This document shows positions 11,458 through 21,296 of a stretch of DNA of 26,489 bases, piece by piece. The position numbers and the translations under genes are program-made. The DNA is from Paraphysomonas bandaiensis. Taxonomy: Eukaryota > Protista > Chrysophyceae. The number at the start of each line of letters is the position of its first letter. Positions within the stretch are counted from its first letter, which is position 1. The notes under the pieces were generated by a model. The model was not told where the DNA came from and made no database searches. It was given only the letters and a program-made list of their open reading frames with translations. The stretch is from NCBI GenBank assembly GCA_965644295.1, contig CBFFRP010000040.1:1-26489 (forward strand), given 5' to 3'.

Positions 11458-14400
11458 TCAACCACTCGGCTTTATACATTCTTGCAGTTCAGGCCAAAAT
11501 TTATGATCGTAATGGTGAACACACACACTGAATACCATATCAATAATATCAATGACAGTGAGATTTCTCAACGGGTCTCGACTATATACAATTGGCTGTA
11601 TTTTATCAATCATATATGTTAAGCACTGTATACAGAGTTTTAAGGACGGAAGACTACTAGCGACTATACAATTTATTGATATAGATTTGGTTGACGGCAA
11701 CCGAGACTCGGTGGAGAGTGTCTTTTTCCCAAGACTGCTAGTGAAGACCTAATACGCATGCTATAATTCATCTGTATCTCATATGAAAGACAATTGCACC
11801 TGAAAAATATTTTTATCGCTAAGTCGTCGGGCCAGCTCATTGGAATACTGATAAACTAGAGCAGGTATTTCAAACTCGCATGCAGAGTAATAGAGCTCGA
11901 TCAGCAAATCCATTTGCAAATGAGGGAGGGCGTTGCCACATATATACTCATCCACAATATGAGAAAAGAGCTATATTCAACAATCAGCAAGTAAATCCAA
12001 ATATATCGGTAGTAATAACCTCTTGCCACATCATGTAAGATCCTGGTAGTGTCACAATACCAGTTTCCTTACTTGAGGAAGCAGAATCTGAGTATTCATT
12101 ACCCTGTAAACCAATTACGTTATTAACACCTGAATGCGGCCTACACATTACCTTCATGATACATGCCAACTTCTTGCTTTGAATTTCTACAGATAAAATA
12201 TTCGGACACTGCATTTTAATAATATTCCCAGTCGTGATATCTTTTACTTGAACTGTAGTAGGGCCCCTCATTCTTTCAGCAGCAGTTCGAGAGTCTTTGG
12301 GCTCAACCTGTCCACTGTGAACATTTTCAGAATCGCTCTTCACACGTGCATATCCTTCTCGCAGAAAGTGAAGTAGTATACTCAATAGAGACTTCATCTC
12401 TGGGCCTGATTCGTCAACATAAACCTCCGAAAGTAGCATACGAAACAGTGTTCTGTTTGTATCATCAGCTGTGGCCGGTCTACCGTGAATGCTATCATGA
12501 TCCTCCACATTTTGCAGTAACCTATGTGCAATTGAGAAAAAAAAAGTAGCTTTAGAGATTCACCTGGAAATCGATTCATTTCTTGCGGAGAGATACATTA
12601 AGCCTGTGAGAATATTAGACCGCAGACGGGTACTCCGAGTGTGTAAAAGGGCCAAACAAGCTTTACTATATAGTCCATCTGTAGGGGTCGCCAATACTGT
12701 GGCAATCCTCTGAAGCATACCAGAGCACCATTCACGAATCCACCTTTCGGGGAAGATATGGCTTCGGCTAATACCGCTGTAGACATGATGACTTTTCAGC
12801 TCAACCGGTTGGCGTGATGAGATTGGGAAACCACAAGACACAAGCTCCAGGACAGGAACAAGTCCCTTGGTAGAGCAATGACAAGAATATCAAGAAATAG
12901 AAAGCAGTGCTTTACCTGCTCTAAAATTGAGCTGTACCAAATATTCGTTGCATTCTTCTCCGCACAAAATTTATCACTAGTTCCATGCATTAGCACCTAA
13001 CAAATTATCAATAGCAACTCTGTTGAGAAACGTTTTACCAACCTCATGAGCAAGATGGCGGACAGTGTCACTGTAGTGAACTAAGCACCAACACACTTGG
13101 CGCAGTTGGCCATTTCTACATAGCTCAATCGCGGTTGCTATCGCATCCGACTCAACTGACTTACTTCCTCTACTTTGCGGAGAGTCCCTTCCCTTCTTGG
13201 AATGTAACGATTTTGACATAATTTTCCCAACAGGCTTGCGATTGCTGGGTGTGGGGGTCACATTGGTCAACCGTCGCACAGTAGAAGACTGATGTGATTT
13301 CGAAGTGGAATGCGTTTTTGAATTCGTATTCGAGGTAGGCCTTTTCAGATTGTGCAGAATAACAGACAGTGAAATGGCTTGCAGATCACAGTTCGGAGAC
13401 TGCAGTAATATCAACGCTTTCGAAAAAGGGAAGTCGAAGTCCATAGCTACAATATCCTAAACTAGCGTGAAAATCTAAAGAAATTAAAGCACAATTGGGG
13501 CGACAACATTATATTTTAATATATTGAGTGCGCCGTATTTCGTGAAAGCAATACCTGATTCAAGCATCCCAAAACTACTCGACAAGCAAGTTGGCTCATG
13601 GAGTCAGACCAGTGGTCGATCAGGGCTCTTGACTCTCCACTAACTTGATTTACATTTTCACTATCTGATTGATCTGAATCAGAGCTTTGATCAAAGTCTC
13701 TATCCTCCTCTTCACAATGAATGCCGGTATTCGAGCCTTCACGCATGTGCAAATGGGACGCCAGCCGGATGACTCCATTTAGGTTTACTTTACATATCTC
13801 AACCACAGATGCTTCATCATTCTGCAACCATAACAATATCAGAGCACACACACATAAGAAATCATTGATAAGTACTTTCAAAATTCCTTCCAAGGTAAGT
13901 AATGCAGATTCCACTGCATGAATTGCAGTAGCACTGACACACTGCTTCCATTTCAACATTGCAATGAAATCATTGAAAGTTCGAGAGACAATATTCAGAA
14001 GGGAATTCTGTGTGGCCATAGATAAGCAACCTGCATTTGCAAAAAGTCTAACTGCAGCCCACTCAACAGTTGCGAGTCTTTCATATCGTACAGATAATAA
14101 CTTCGGAAGAAATCTATTGGTTACACTACGCACTGCATCTTGGGTAAAATACGATTGAATCAAATCTAGTTCATCACTTTCGAGTTGGGAATGATCAGCA
14201 TTAGCGGCCAAAAAGATAAGTAAATAATACGATTCATACGTAAAGTCTATTTTGGCAATATCAAATTCAAACAGACCACGCATCCAACTTCGTCGCTGTT
14301 CGGAATTCGTACTGTGTAATACCCGTTCCACAGTATTCTTGAAGGCATGGAGGTATACATCTTTCTTTTGGACCAATTCATTGCTACGAGCAATGGATAT

Positions 14401-14487
14401 ACAACTTGAAAGGTCCATTGATATCAAGAAGTAGGAGGAAACAGTGGAGTAATATTACGAATTCATAGCGAATGCCAAGCTGTCCAT
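11458..14487 (-). CDS. Uncharacterised multi-exon protein: helical (possibly ARM-like) N-terminal part and C-terminal BTB/POZ-like region
   Basis: Minus-strand ORFs 13516-14427, 12977-13444, ~12560-12960, 11984-12508 and 11458-11700 are separated by short GT-AG introns. Proposed ATG at 14487 with intron 14458-14405. Exon 11970-11800 (LFSHIVDEYICGNALPHLQMDLLIELYYSACEFEIPALVYQYSNELARRLSDKNIFQ), missed by the ORF track, fits the BTB C-terminal helix pattern. Last exon 11748-11458 is in frame. Middle junctions were not all verified. Confidence 0.6.
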
Positions 14488-14819
14488 TTCGAAGTAAATA
14501 ATAATCAAGTAAGAATATGATGTGCAACAGAATCAATTCGCCTTAATGTCTTGTAAAACACCCTTCGAACTTATTGATTCGTGAAGTGAAGAAAGGAAAT
14601 AGAGGTGACAAAGTGTGTAGCGTTAACTCGAACTCTGGAAGTGCAGTTATATTTTCATAATTTTCGTTTATGGAAAAGTAGGATATTCGTATTAGTAGGA
14701 ATTCCTACACATATTCGATATGGAAAAGCATGTAGGTTGCTGAAAATATATGAAATATAGGAATTCCTTCACTGAAAAATACCGTACCTGCAAGTTTGCT
14801 GTATGATATACCGTGCAAT

Positions 14820-14833
14820 GTATACCGGTATAC
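14820..14833. promoter_or_regulatory. Candidate cis-element: 14-bp palindrome GTATACCGGTATAC in the divergent BTB-like/U1-C intergenic region
   Basis: Perfect palindrome. Identical copy at 25541-25554 and a spacer variant at 18826-18841. Regulatory role is inferred from position only. Confidence 0.35.
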
Positions 14834-14956
14834 CTTATATGGTATACGGCAAATGCTGGCTGCATTGAGGATTGGAGGTGCTTCGCCATGTTGCCCTGTA
14901 ATCACTTTAAGTTTATCTCGTAGTGCTCCTATCTGACACAGTTAATTGAAACTAAA

Positions 14957-15465
14957 ATGCCCAGGTTTTTTTGTGATTATTGTGATGCGGTATGGATGCA
15001 TTTTATGAGCGATTGATGCTGGACTAACCTTTATGTATATTAATTAGTATCTCACTCACGACTCAGCTCCTGGAAGACAACAGCACATCAGAGGTTTGTT
15101 TTTTATTTAAACTCCTCATTTCTGAACCTTATGTGTTTTATATGCACTCTACTGTAGGATGGAAACACAGAGAAAACTTTAAAAGACACTACATGGCTTT
15201 TTACCCGCACTTCGTAGCTCGTCAGCAACTGCAACAACAAATGCAAGGCATGATGGGGCAGTATCCTATGCTACCACCTCAAATGTTTGGAAATCCTCCT
15301 CCTGGATTTCCTGGTGCTGCTGGAGCCCCTCCTCTACCGTTTAGACCTCCTCCAGGCGCACCACCGATGGGGTTTCCTCCGCAACAGTATCCTAACCAGC
15401 AAACGCAGTCATCTCAGCAAAATAACACGGCACAGCAGAACGAAGGACACGTCTCCCAATCTTAG
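14957..15465 (+). CDS. SNRPC: U1 small nuclear ribonucleoprotein C (U1-C), 128 aa, 3 exons
   Basis: Exons 14957-14989, 15048-15093 and 15158-15465 give [38 protein letters not shown]..., the U1-type zinc finger, followed by a Pro/Met/Gly/Gln-rich tail. Canonical GT-AG introns; intron 1 has an ACTAAC branch point. Confidence 0.96.
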
Positions 15466-15846
15466 TTATTGCCACATTGCGTGTCAGGAATTTCGTTTAT
15501 ATGAGAATTTATTGTGGAGTGTTCCAACTCGAGTGAATCTGATAACTGACTGCACATAGGGCTATCGTATTTTGATTTCGTAACAATGATATATATATTA
15601 TTGAATGTAGCCATTATTGTTAATTGATTCAGTCAATTTTAGTTAGAAACGTAGTCATAAATTATGCTCACATGTAGCTACGCGTTTTAGACATAGCAGA
15701 GACGTTCTATCAATGCATCATTGTTCAGGTGGGGCACGCAGCAATTAAGAAAAAAGGGAGACAGAGAAGTGAAGAGATGCACTGACATGGGATACTTCTC
15801 AACAAAGCGTCTTGTCTGCGCTTAACTCTGATATCCTACTATTTAT

Positions 15847-15989
15847 CAGGGCTGCGTATCAATTAATTGACGCAGGTTGCAGGTTGTAGTCACTAATAAT
15901 TGCAATTAAGATTTGATGTCCCAATTTCAATTATTGCAATTAAATAATTGACAATTAATTGAAAATCAATTAACTGATACGCAGCCCTG
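15847..15989. mobile_element. hAT-derived MITE, 143 bp, same family as the 803-1951 element
   Basis: 24-bp TIRs CAGGGCTGCGTATCAATTAATTGA (15847-15870) and TCAATTAACTGATACGCAGCCCTG (15966-15989), one mismatch. Perfect 8-bp TSD CTATTTAT at 15839-15846 and 15990-15997. Internal 15901-15961 closely matches 1581-1642. Confidence 0.93.
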
Positions 15990-16089
15990 CTATTTATCCT
16001 ACTATCAATTACAGGCCCTTTTGTTCTTGCGCTTTAATAGACTTCTGTCTTCTGTGGAATGCAAGTACGGTTGAAGATGCTATTCGTGC

Positions 16090-16215
16090 TTGTAGTGAGT
16101 AACTAATTTAATTAGACAACAATTGGCAATTAAATTGCAATAATTGTAAATATAACTTGCGCGAGCTATAACTAATAATTACAATGTAATTGCAATTAGT
16201 TGTTACGCAGCCCTG
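16090..16215. mobile_element. Additional terminus of the same hAT family (right TIR plus CAATT-rich subterminal region)
   Basis: CAATTAGTTGTTACGCAGCCCTG ends at 16215 and is followed by CTATTTAA. It is preceded by dense CAATT/TAATTG subterminal motifs. Left boundary is approximate. Confidence 0.7.
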
Positions 16216-16369
16216 CTATTTAACGGAGCTTTAATAAAATAGACTACTTAGGATAGTCGAAAATACTTCATAAACTCTTCATGAATCCGCAATACTTTGT
16301 TAACACTTTCTGTAAATGAACGGAGTGAAGAGAAGATATACTTTCCATACAAAATAATATATATACTTC

Positions 16370-18706
16370 CTACATTATAGCACACTTTTCTGACCCACTT
16401 CTAACAGACTTCCCATCAGTGGCAGACATTAATTGTCCCTCCAATTCTATATTTCTCATTCTCAGTACTGATACAGTTGCGTCGTGATCTTTTGAGAGGA
16501 TATCCCTCTTCTTGAAGTTCTGTTCACGGAGCTCCTGCATTTCCCGCTGTGCCTCCACTCTCAGCATTTCCACATTGCGTAAATGTTCACCTTCAAGAGC
16601 AAATAATTCCGACATTTGCTCATTTTTCCTCTGATTTAATAGCCGCTCAAGAGCGAGCTCTTCAGCAAGCAAAGAGTGTTGTTTAGCGTAGGTCTCCCGA
16701 AACCACTTGTGTCCTTCCCTCTCTTTCTCCAAAAGATTCGTTTGTAAAGCATTGGTTTGTTCTTCCCGCTGCTGTCTGAGATCTAGAGCTTTAGCTTGTG
16801 CGACTTGGATGCGCTGCTGGATCTCCATTAGTTCGTCTGTCATTTCTGCTTTTTCTCGTTCGTTTAACCGAGAGGCACGTTCCACAGCACCAACAAGACT
16901 CTAAGATATCAAGTCACAAAGACAAACAGACGACACAAAAGAGACATAATATTCAATAACATACCTCTATATCACTTTGTTTCTCCTCTATTTTTTGTGC
17001 TTGCGATGACCGTGCGGTACTTAGACTGGAAGTCAAGGAACGATAAGTCTCTGCTGAAACTCTTTGTCCCTGTGCAATTGCCATGTCAAGTTCAGCATCC
17101 TCCGTCTGTATACAACTGTTAGTAATATAATGGCATATTCAGGCCACACCTTCAACTGTGCAAAATTATATTTGAGAGATTCTTTCTTTCTGGAAGTCTC
17201 TGCTTGTAGAGTGTCAAAGGAATTCACCCACTCTGTTCCTGTCTTGAGGGCTTCCTGCAAATGACCCATGAGAAAGCCATGAAGAATTTTGGACTTCAAT
17301 ATATTCAGTTCCTCCTCAAACACAACTTCTCGTATAGAAAGAGCAGTAGATCCGTCGAACTCGCAGGGTTGTACTGCGTTTCTAAGTATCTGTGATGTTG
17401 ACAGGGACATGTAAGATGTGACCGTCTTTTCGATTGAACTCTTCAGTGACAAAAACCGTGTATAAGCATTCGCACCGTCACCGAGAGCAAGCTCTCCACT
17501 GTCCGAAGTCTTTGCTTCAGTATCATCTGGATAAGGCTTGTGTGAATTGTAGATATCTTTCAGTACTTTACGGCATTGAGCTGTAAAAGTGGTACGCATC
17601 TTGCCCTCGTGCTTGAAAATATCTTCGCTAATTTTGTTCTGTAGTCGTTTACGAGAACGTACAGCAGTATTATTCCACGTTGCCACTTGCTTGGCATGAA
17701 TCGATATGGCCTTTGCACGATAAACAAGCAATGCCTGGAGACTAAGTGGCAAAGAACTGTGTGAGTCTTGTTCACACTTTTTAATAAAGGTTTCGTATGT
17801 TTCTTGCTCAAAGTCAAGTAAGTACCTCTCTGCCAACTGAAGTTTGATACCAGCATCTACTACTGCAGAGGTGCCCACTCGATCAGTAATAAATGACGCC
17901 AGACACTTGCATAAAATACGAGAGCTTAGTTTCAAACAATCCAAGCGAATCAGAGGAGTGTGATTAATCCTGCATACAAACCCTTAAGCGTACCAAAAAG
18001 TGACATTAAGCAAAATACTGTACAGGAGCGATATTACGATATCCATATACCTTGTCATTAGCGCCTCACTAGATAAAGCAGAGCCTACAGTTGACTCATC
18101 GCAGATAAACTCTTTCGTAGGGAAAAGAGACTCGATAGCACTCCTTATCACATTACGGCGCAATGCATCTTCACTGAAGCCGCTTTCGGGTTTTAGTAGA
18201 CCATCAATAAACTTTTTTGAGTCTTTGTGGCTTACTTCAGAATTATGTCCGTGCAACACCAGCGGCGGGAAAGAAACTGAGTTCTTCAGTTTAAGGAAAT
18301 CACCATCAAAAAGTTTCAATATCGCTGTTAAGAAACTGAATTGCTCCATCACTTCGTCAATACTGCTTCCGCATATTTCGACAATTACAACTGATGACAT
18401 TGCAATTAAATTTAAAATTAGCCACGCAACACGTGACTCGATGCTTGTTCTTATGACAGCTGCTGTCAAATCAAGCATCATTACATCACCGGATGAAACA
18501 GTAGCAGTGTGTACGCAAATTCCATCATCATGTCGAGAAGATCTAATCCAGGAGCATACAATCACCTGTAGGAAGTTCATAATAGAGCATCAGCGGATGA
18601 AAGCAAGTAAACGAACCTCGTCTGTTTCCAAATTAGCTATACCACACACTCCTTCTTCACTTAACTTCGGGGTGCCATCTTCATCTATTGACACAATTCT
18701 TGTCAT
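16370..18706 (-). CDS. Guanylate-binding protein (GBP) family homologue with degenerate GTPase domain, helical/coiled-coil stalk and C-terminal CAAX box (CAIM); spliced
   Basis: ATG 18706; exon 18706-18617, intron 18616-18566, then further short introns near 18050-17972, 17150-17107 and 16964-16901. GBP-like segments: DDGICVHT (cf. TKGIWMW); LIAMSSVVIVEICGSSIDEVMEQFSFLT (cf. LAVLLSSTFVYNSIGTINQQAMDQLYYVT); SFPPLV (cf. FFPDFV); LKPESGFSEDALRRNVIRSAIESLFPTKEF (cf. N..R..I..FFP.r.C). E/Q/R-rich coiled coil; ends EKCAIM*. Confidence 0.8.
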
Positions 18707-18825
18707 CACACACACTGTTGAAACCTCAGTATCAATTCACAAATAAGGTCGTGCTATGCTACACTGACACTGTGCGTGGAAACTTACTTACTTCACTCTT
18801 TATTGTATGACATGGAAATACCCCT

Positions 18826-18841
18826 GTATACCCCGGTATAC
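18826..18841. promoter_or_regulatory. Candidate cis-element GTATACCCCGGTATAC in the divergent GBP-like/HemK-fusion intergenic region
   Basis: Two GTATAC half-sites with a 4-bp spacer, ~120 bp upstream of the proposed GBP-like ATG. Confidence 0.3.
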
Positions 18842-19160
18842 CTCCGAGTGTGAAAATATCTATCAAAAAACCCACCAATTTTTGTTGGAAACTCCTATTT
18901 TTGTTGGAATATGGTGTTATTGGAAAAAAGGGCTGTTGAATGGTCTATACATATTCGTATAAACGTACAGTGCCAATATACAGTACAATTTTCACTGATT
19001 TTCATAGAAAAATCCAGGTTTTCAGGTACACCCCACATCACATGTACACCACCTCAACAATGGCTGTACCACACACCTTGAGATCTCACAGTCCACGCAT
19101 TATGGATTATAAAGAGTGCTCTCTTGTTAAACCCTTAAGTATCTGCTGCTATTACTTACA

Positions 19161-21296
19161 ATGAGCTGCAATCGAAAGCGAAAAAATAGAAGCAGTGAAG
19201 ATGCGATTAAAGTTTTTGGTCCCTGTGAAGCAGACGTCGACAATGAAAAAGTTTTCTCATTTTGTAGAAGGAAGTTTCCTTCGATATCCAAAAAGGAGCT
19301 TCGTGATACGTTTTGGAAGAAAGAGGTGTTTATCAATGGGTCATGCGTTGATGGAGTTGAAGATACGACCAAACGATTGAAGAAAGGCGACACCGTCAAA
19401 GTCGTCCGTGATATACTTCACCTAAAGAGGAGCAAAATCGATGAAATTAAAGTTGATATCGTCTATCAGAATAGCTGCTTTGTAGTGACATTTAAGGCTG
19501 CGGGTGTAAATGCAGCAGATGGTAAACTGTATGATGAAGCAGTGAAGAATGCTGCCTTTAAAGACAGCACTAACGAACCCTATTTTTTGTATCGATTTCA
19601 GAAAAATCTATCCGGGTTATATGTAATCGCGAAAAATAGCTGTTCTGCTTATGCAATGCGCGCTATGCTATGTACTGGTGATTTGAAACTGTCATTAGTA
19701 TGTCTTGTAGCTGGTTATGTTGGGGCAGAGGGAGATCAGTGTTTTATTCCAGCTGCAACCGATATATCCCAAGAAAAAAATGCAGTGGATACAGCTAGAC
19801 TGTCTGTGAAGGTCCTCAGAACATGCCGATGTCGCACCACGGGATACTTGTCTCTTATTCACATTACACCTGAATTTCACACTACTCCCATGGGATTTTC
19901 TCCATCATCTGAAACACTCTATGCACCGACATGTAATCCATTTGATCCCCACTGCGCCACTGAACACAACGCCGCTTATTACCCTTCCTCTGTTCTCAAA
20001 GCCATCCCGGGGATTTTGCGTGCCGCTGGACACCCCATTGCAGGTGGTGAGGATGGAATTGTCAAGAAGGCCAAAGGACTGTACCTTGCACTTACAGAGG
20101 TGCATATACGTGGCAGGTCCTTAAGGAGGGAACAGTCATTACTGGCGGAGGATCTTTCATCGCCTTGCCCATGCAATAGCCTCTATGTTACCACCACTAA
20201 CTGCAATACAAGTGGTAGTGCTGCGATATCTAGCGAAATTTCGTCCCACGTTTTTGAGGAGTGGTGTAATGATTCAGGCCTCACAGTCAACATTCCCATT
20301 CCAGACAAGATAACGAAGCTGATGGACAAGGAAGAGGAGTTATACGATGCGGCTGTGTCTAGAGACGTTAAAATTATAGAATCCTGGCAGGAGGTATTAG
20401 GTAGGGAAACGAGCCAGCAAGATTCAGATGAAATGCAGAGGGCTGTCAGAGAGGGAGTGCCAGTGGAATATATACTAGGTGAAGCGACTTTTTGTGGTGC
20501 GCAATTTAGGGTGTCTAAAGACGTTATGATTCCGCGTCGATCATCGGAGGCAGTTGTGACGGCGGCTATGGAGTGTGCAAAGCAACTCTACTCGTCACAT
20601 ATCAGTGATGCTACTGGGGAATTAGCAGCTTCTCAACGCCAAATTAGAGTATTGGATATTGGGACTGGAAGTGGCTGTTTGTTGCTGGCATGTATTCGAG
20701 CACTGAAGTCAAGTGGTGTTGTGTGTTCGGGTGTGGGGATTGATATTTGCCCGAATGCGCTTGCCATTGCTAGGGAAAATTCAGAGCGATTGGGATTAGG
20801 TTGTGATACAGAGTTTTTGGAGATGAGTTTCACTGATTTATCTGACCTTGTGTCTCGGACTGGTGGTAAGAGCTTCGATATTATCGTTTGCAATCCACCG
20901 TATTCATCACCCAGTGAAAATAGATTATCTAACTCCCGACAACTGCATGAACCTGCACTTGCGTTGTTTGGAGAGCGTATGCCGGCACACTGTCCTGCAT
21001 CTGATGTCGCTTCGAAAGAGTCTGCAAATGACGACCCGTTTCGCGCATTTACTATCATTGCTAAAGCTCTGACCCAGGCCTATTCGTCTACTCCTCCGTC
21101 TAATGATGCATTGGACTCGGTGCCGTTATTATGTATAGATGGGTTTCTGTGCATGGAGTTTGGGCACGGTCAGCTTAATAGAGTTAGAGAAATATTTGAT
21201 AGTGTCGGTGGATTTCAATATGTTCGCTCTGTCAGTGATTATAACCACTTACAGAGATGCTTAATTCTGAGAAATAAATCCATCTCTGAGACCTAA
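19161..21296 (+). CDS. Fusion protein: S4 domain + RluA/C/D-family pseudouridine-synthase-like domain (catalytic Asp absent) + HemK/PrmC-type SAM methyltransferase, 711 aa
   Basis: Single ORF. S4-like FPSISKKELRDTFWKKEVFING...RLKKGDTV. RluA motifs: VDIVYQNSCFVVTFKAAG (I), LYRFQKNLSGLYVIAK (II), LRAAGHPIAG (III region). HemK motifs: GVPVEYILG, VSKDVMIPRRSSE, VLDIGTGSGCL, GIDICPNALAIAREN, FDIIVCNPPY, HEPALALFG, MEFGHGQ, DYNHLQR. Confidence 0.88.
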   Translation: MSCNRKRKNRSSEDAIKVFGPCEADVDNEKVFSFCRRKFPSISKKELRDTFWKKEVFINGSCVDGVEDTTKRLKKGDTVKVVRDILHLKRSKIDEIKVDIVYQNSCFVVTFKAAGVNAADGKLYDEAVKNAAFKDSTNEPYFLYRFQKNLSGLYVIAKNSCSAYAMRAMLCTGDLKLSLVCLVAGYVGAEGDQCFIPAATDISQEKNAVDTARLSVKVLRTCRCRTTGYLSLIHITPEFHTTPMGFSPSSETLYAPTCNPFDPHCATEHNAAYYPSSVLKAIPGILRAAGHPIAGGEDGIVKKAKGLYLALTEVHIRGRSLRREQSLLAEDLSSPCPCNSLYVTTTNCNTSGSAAISSEISSHVFEEWCNDSGLTVNIPIPDKITKLMDKEEELYDAAVSRDVKIIESWQEVLGRETSQQDSDEMQRAVREGVPVEYILGEATFCGAQFRVSKDVMIPRRSSEAVVTAAMECAKQLYSSHISDATGELAASQRQIRVLDIGTGSGCLLLACIRALKSSGVVCSGVGIDICPNALAIARENSERLGLGCDTEFLEMSFTDLSDLVSRTGGKSFDIIVCNPPYSSPSENRLSNSRQLHEPALALFGERMPAHCPASDVASKESANDDPFRAFTIIAKALTQAYSSTPPSNDALDSVPLLCIDGFLCMEFGHGQLNRVREIFDSVGGFQYVRSVSDYNHLQRCLILRNKSISET

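Noticed and set aside
18000-18746. 248-aa plus-strand ORF and the many other short antisense or overlapping ORFs (e.g. 3987-4445, 20633-21058, 22583-23185)
   Set aside because: Shadows of real genes on the opposite strand, with no motifs.
18878-18909. 13-bp direct repeat ATTTTTGTTGGAA x2 in the divergent promoter
   Set aside because: Low complexity and not seen in the other promoter regions.
19161-21296. Lack of introns as evidence of recent bacterial HGT or retroposition
   Set aside because: The EML gene also has a ~5.9-kb exon, composition looks host-like and the protein has eukaryote-style insertions. A phylogeny would be needed.
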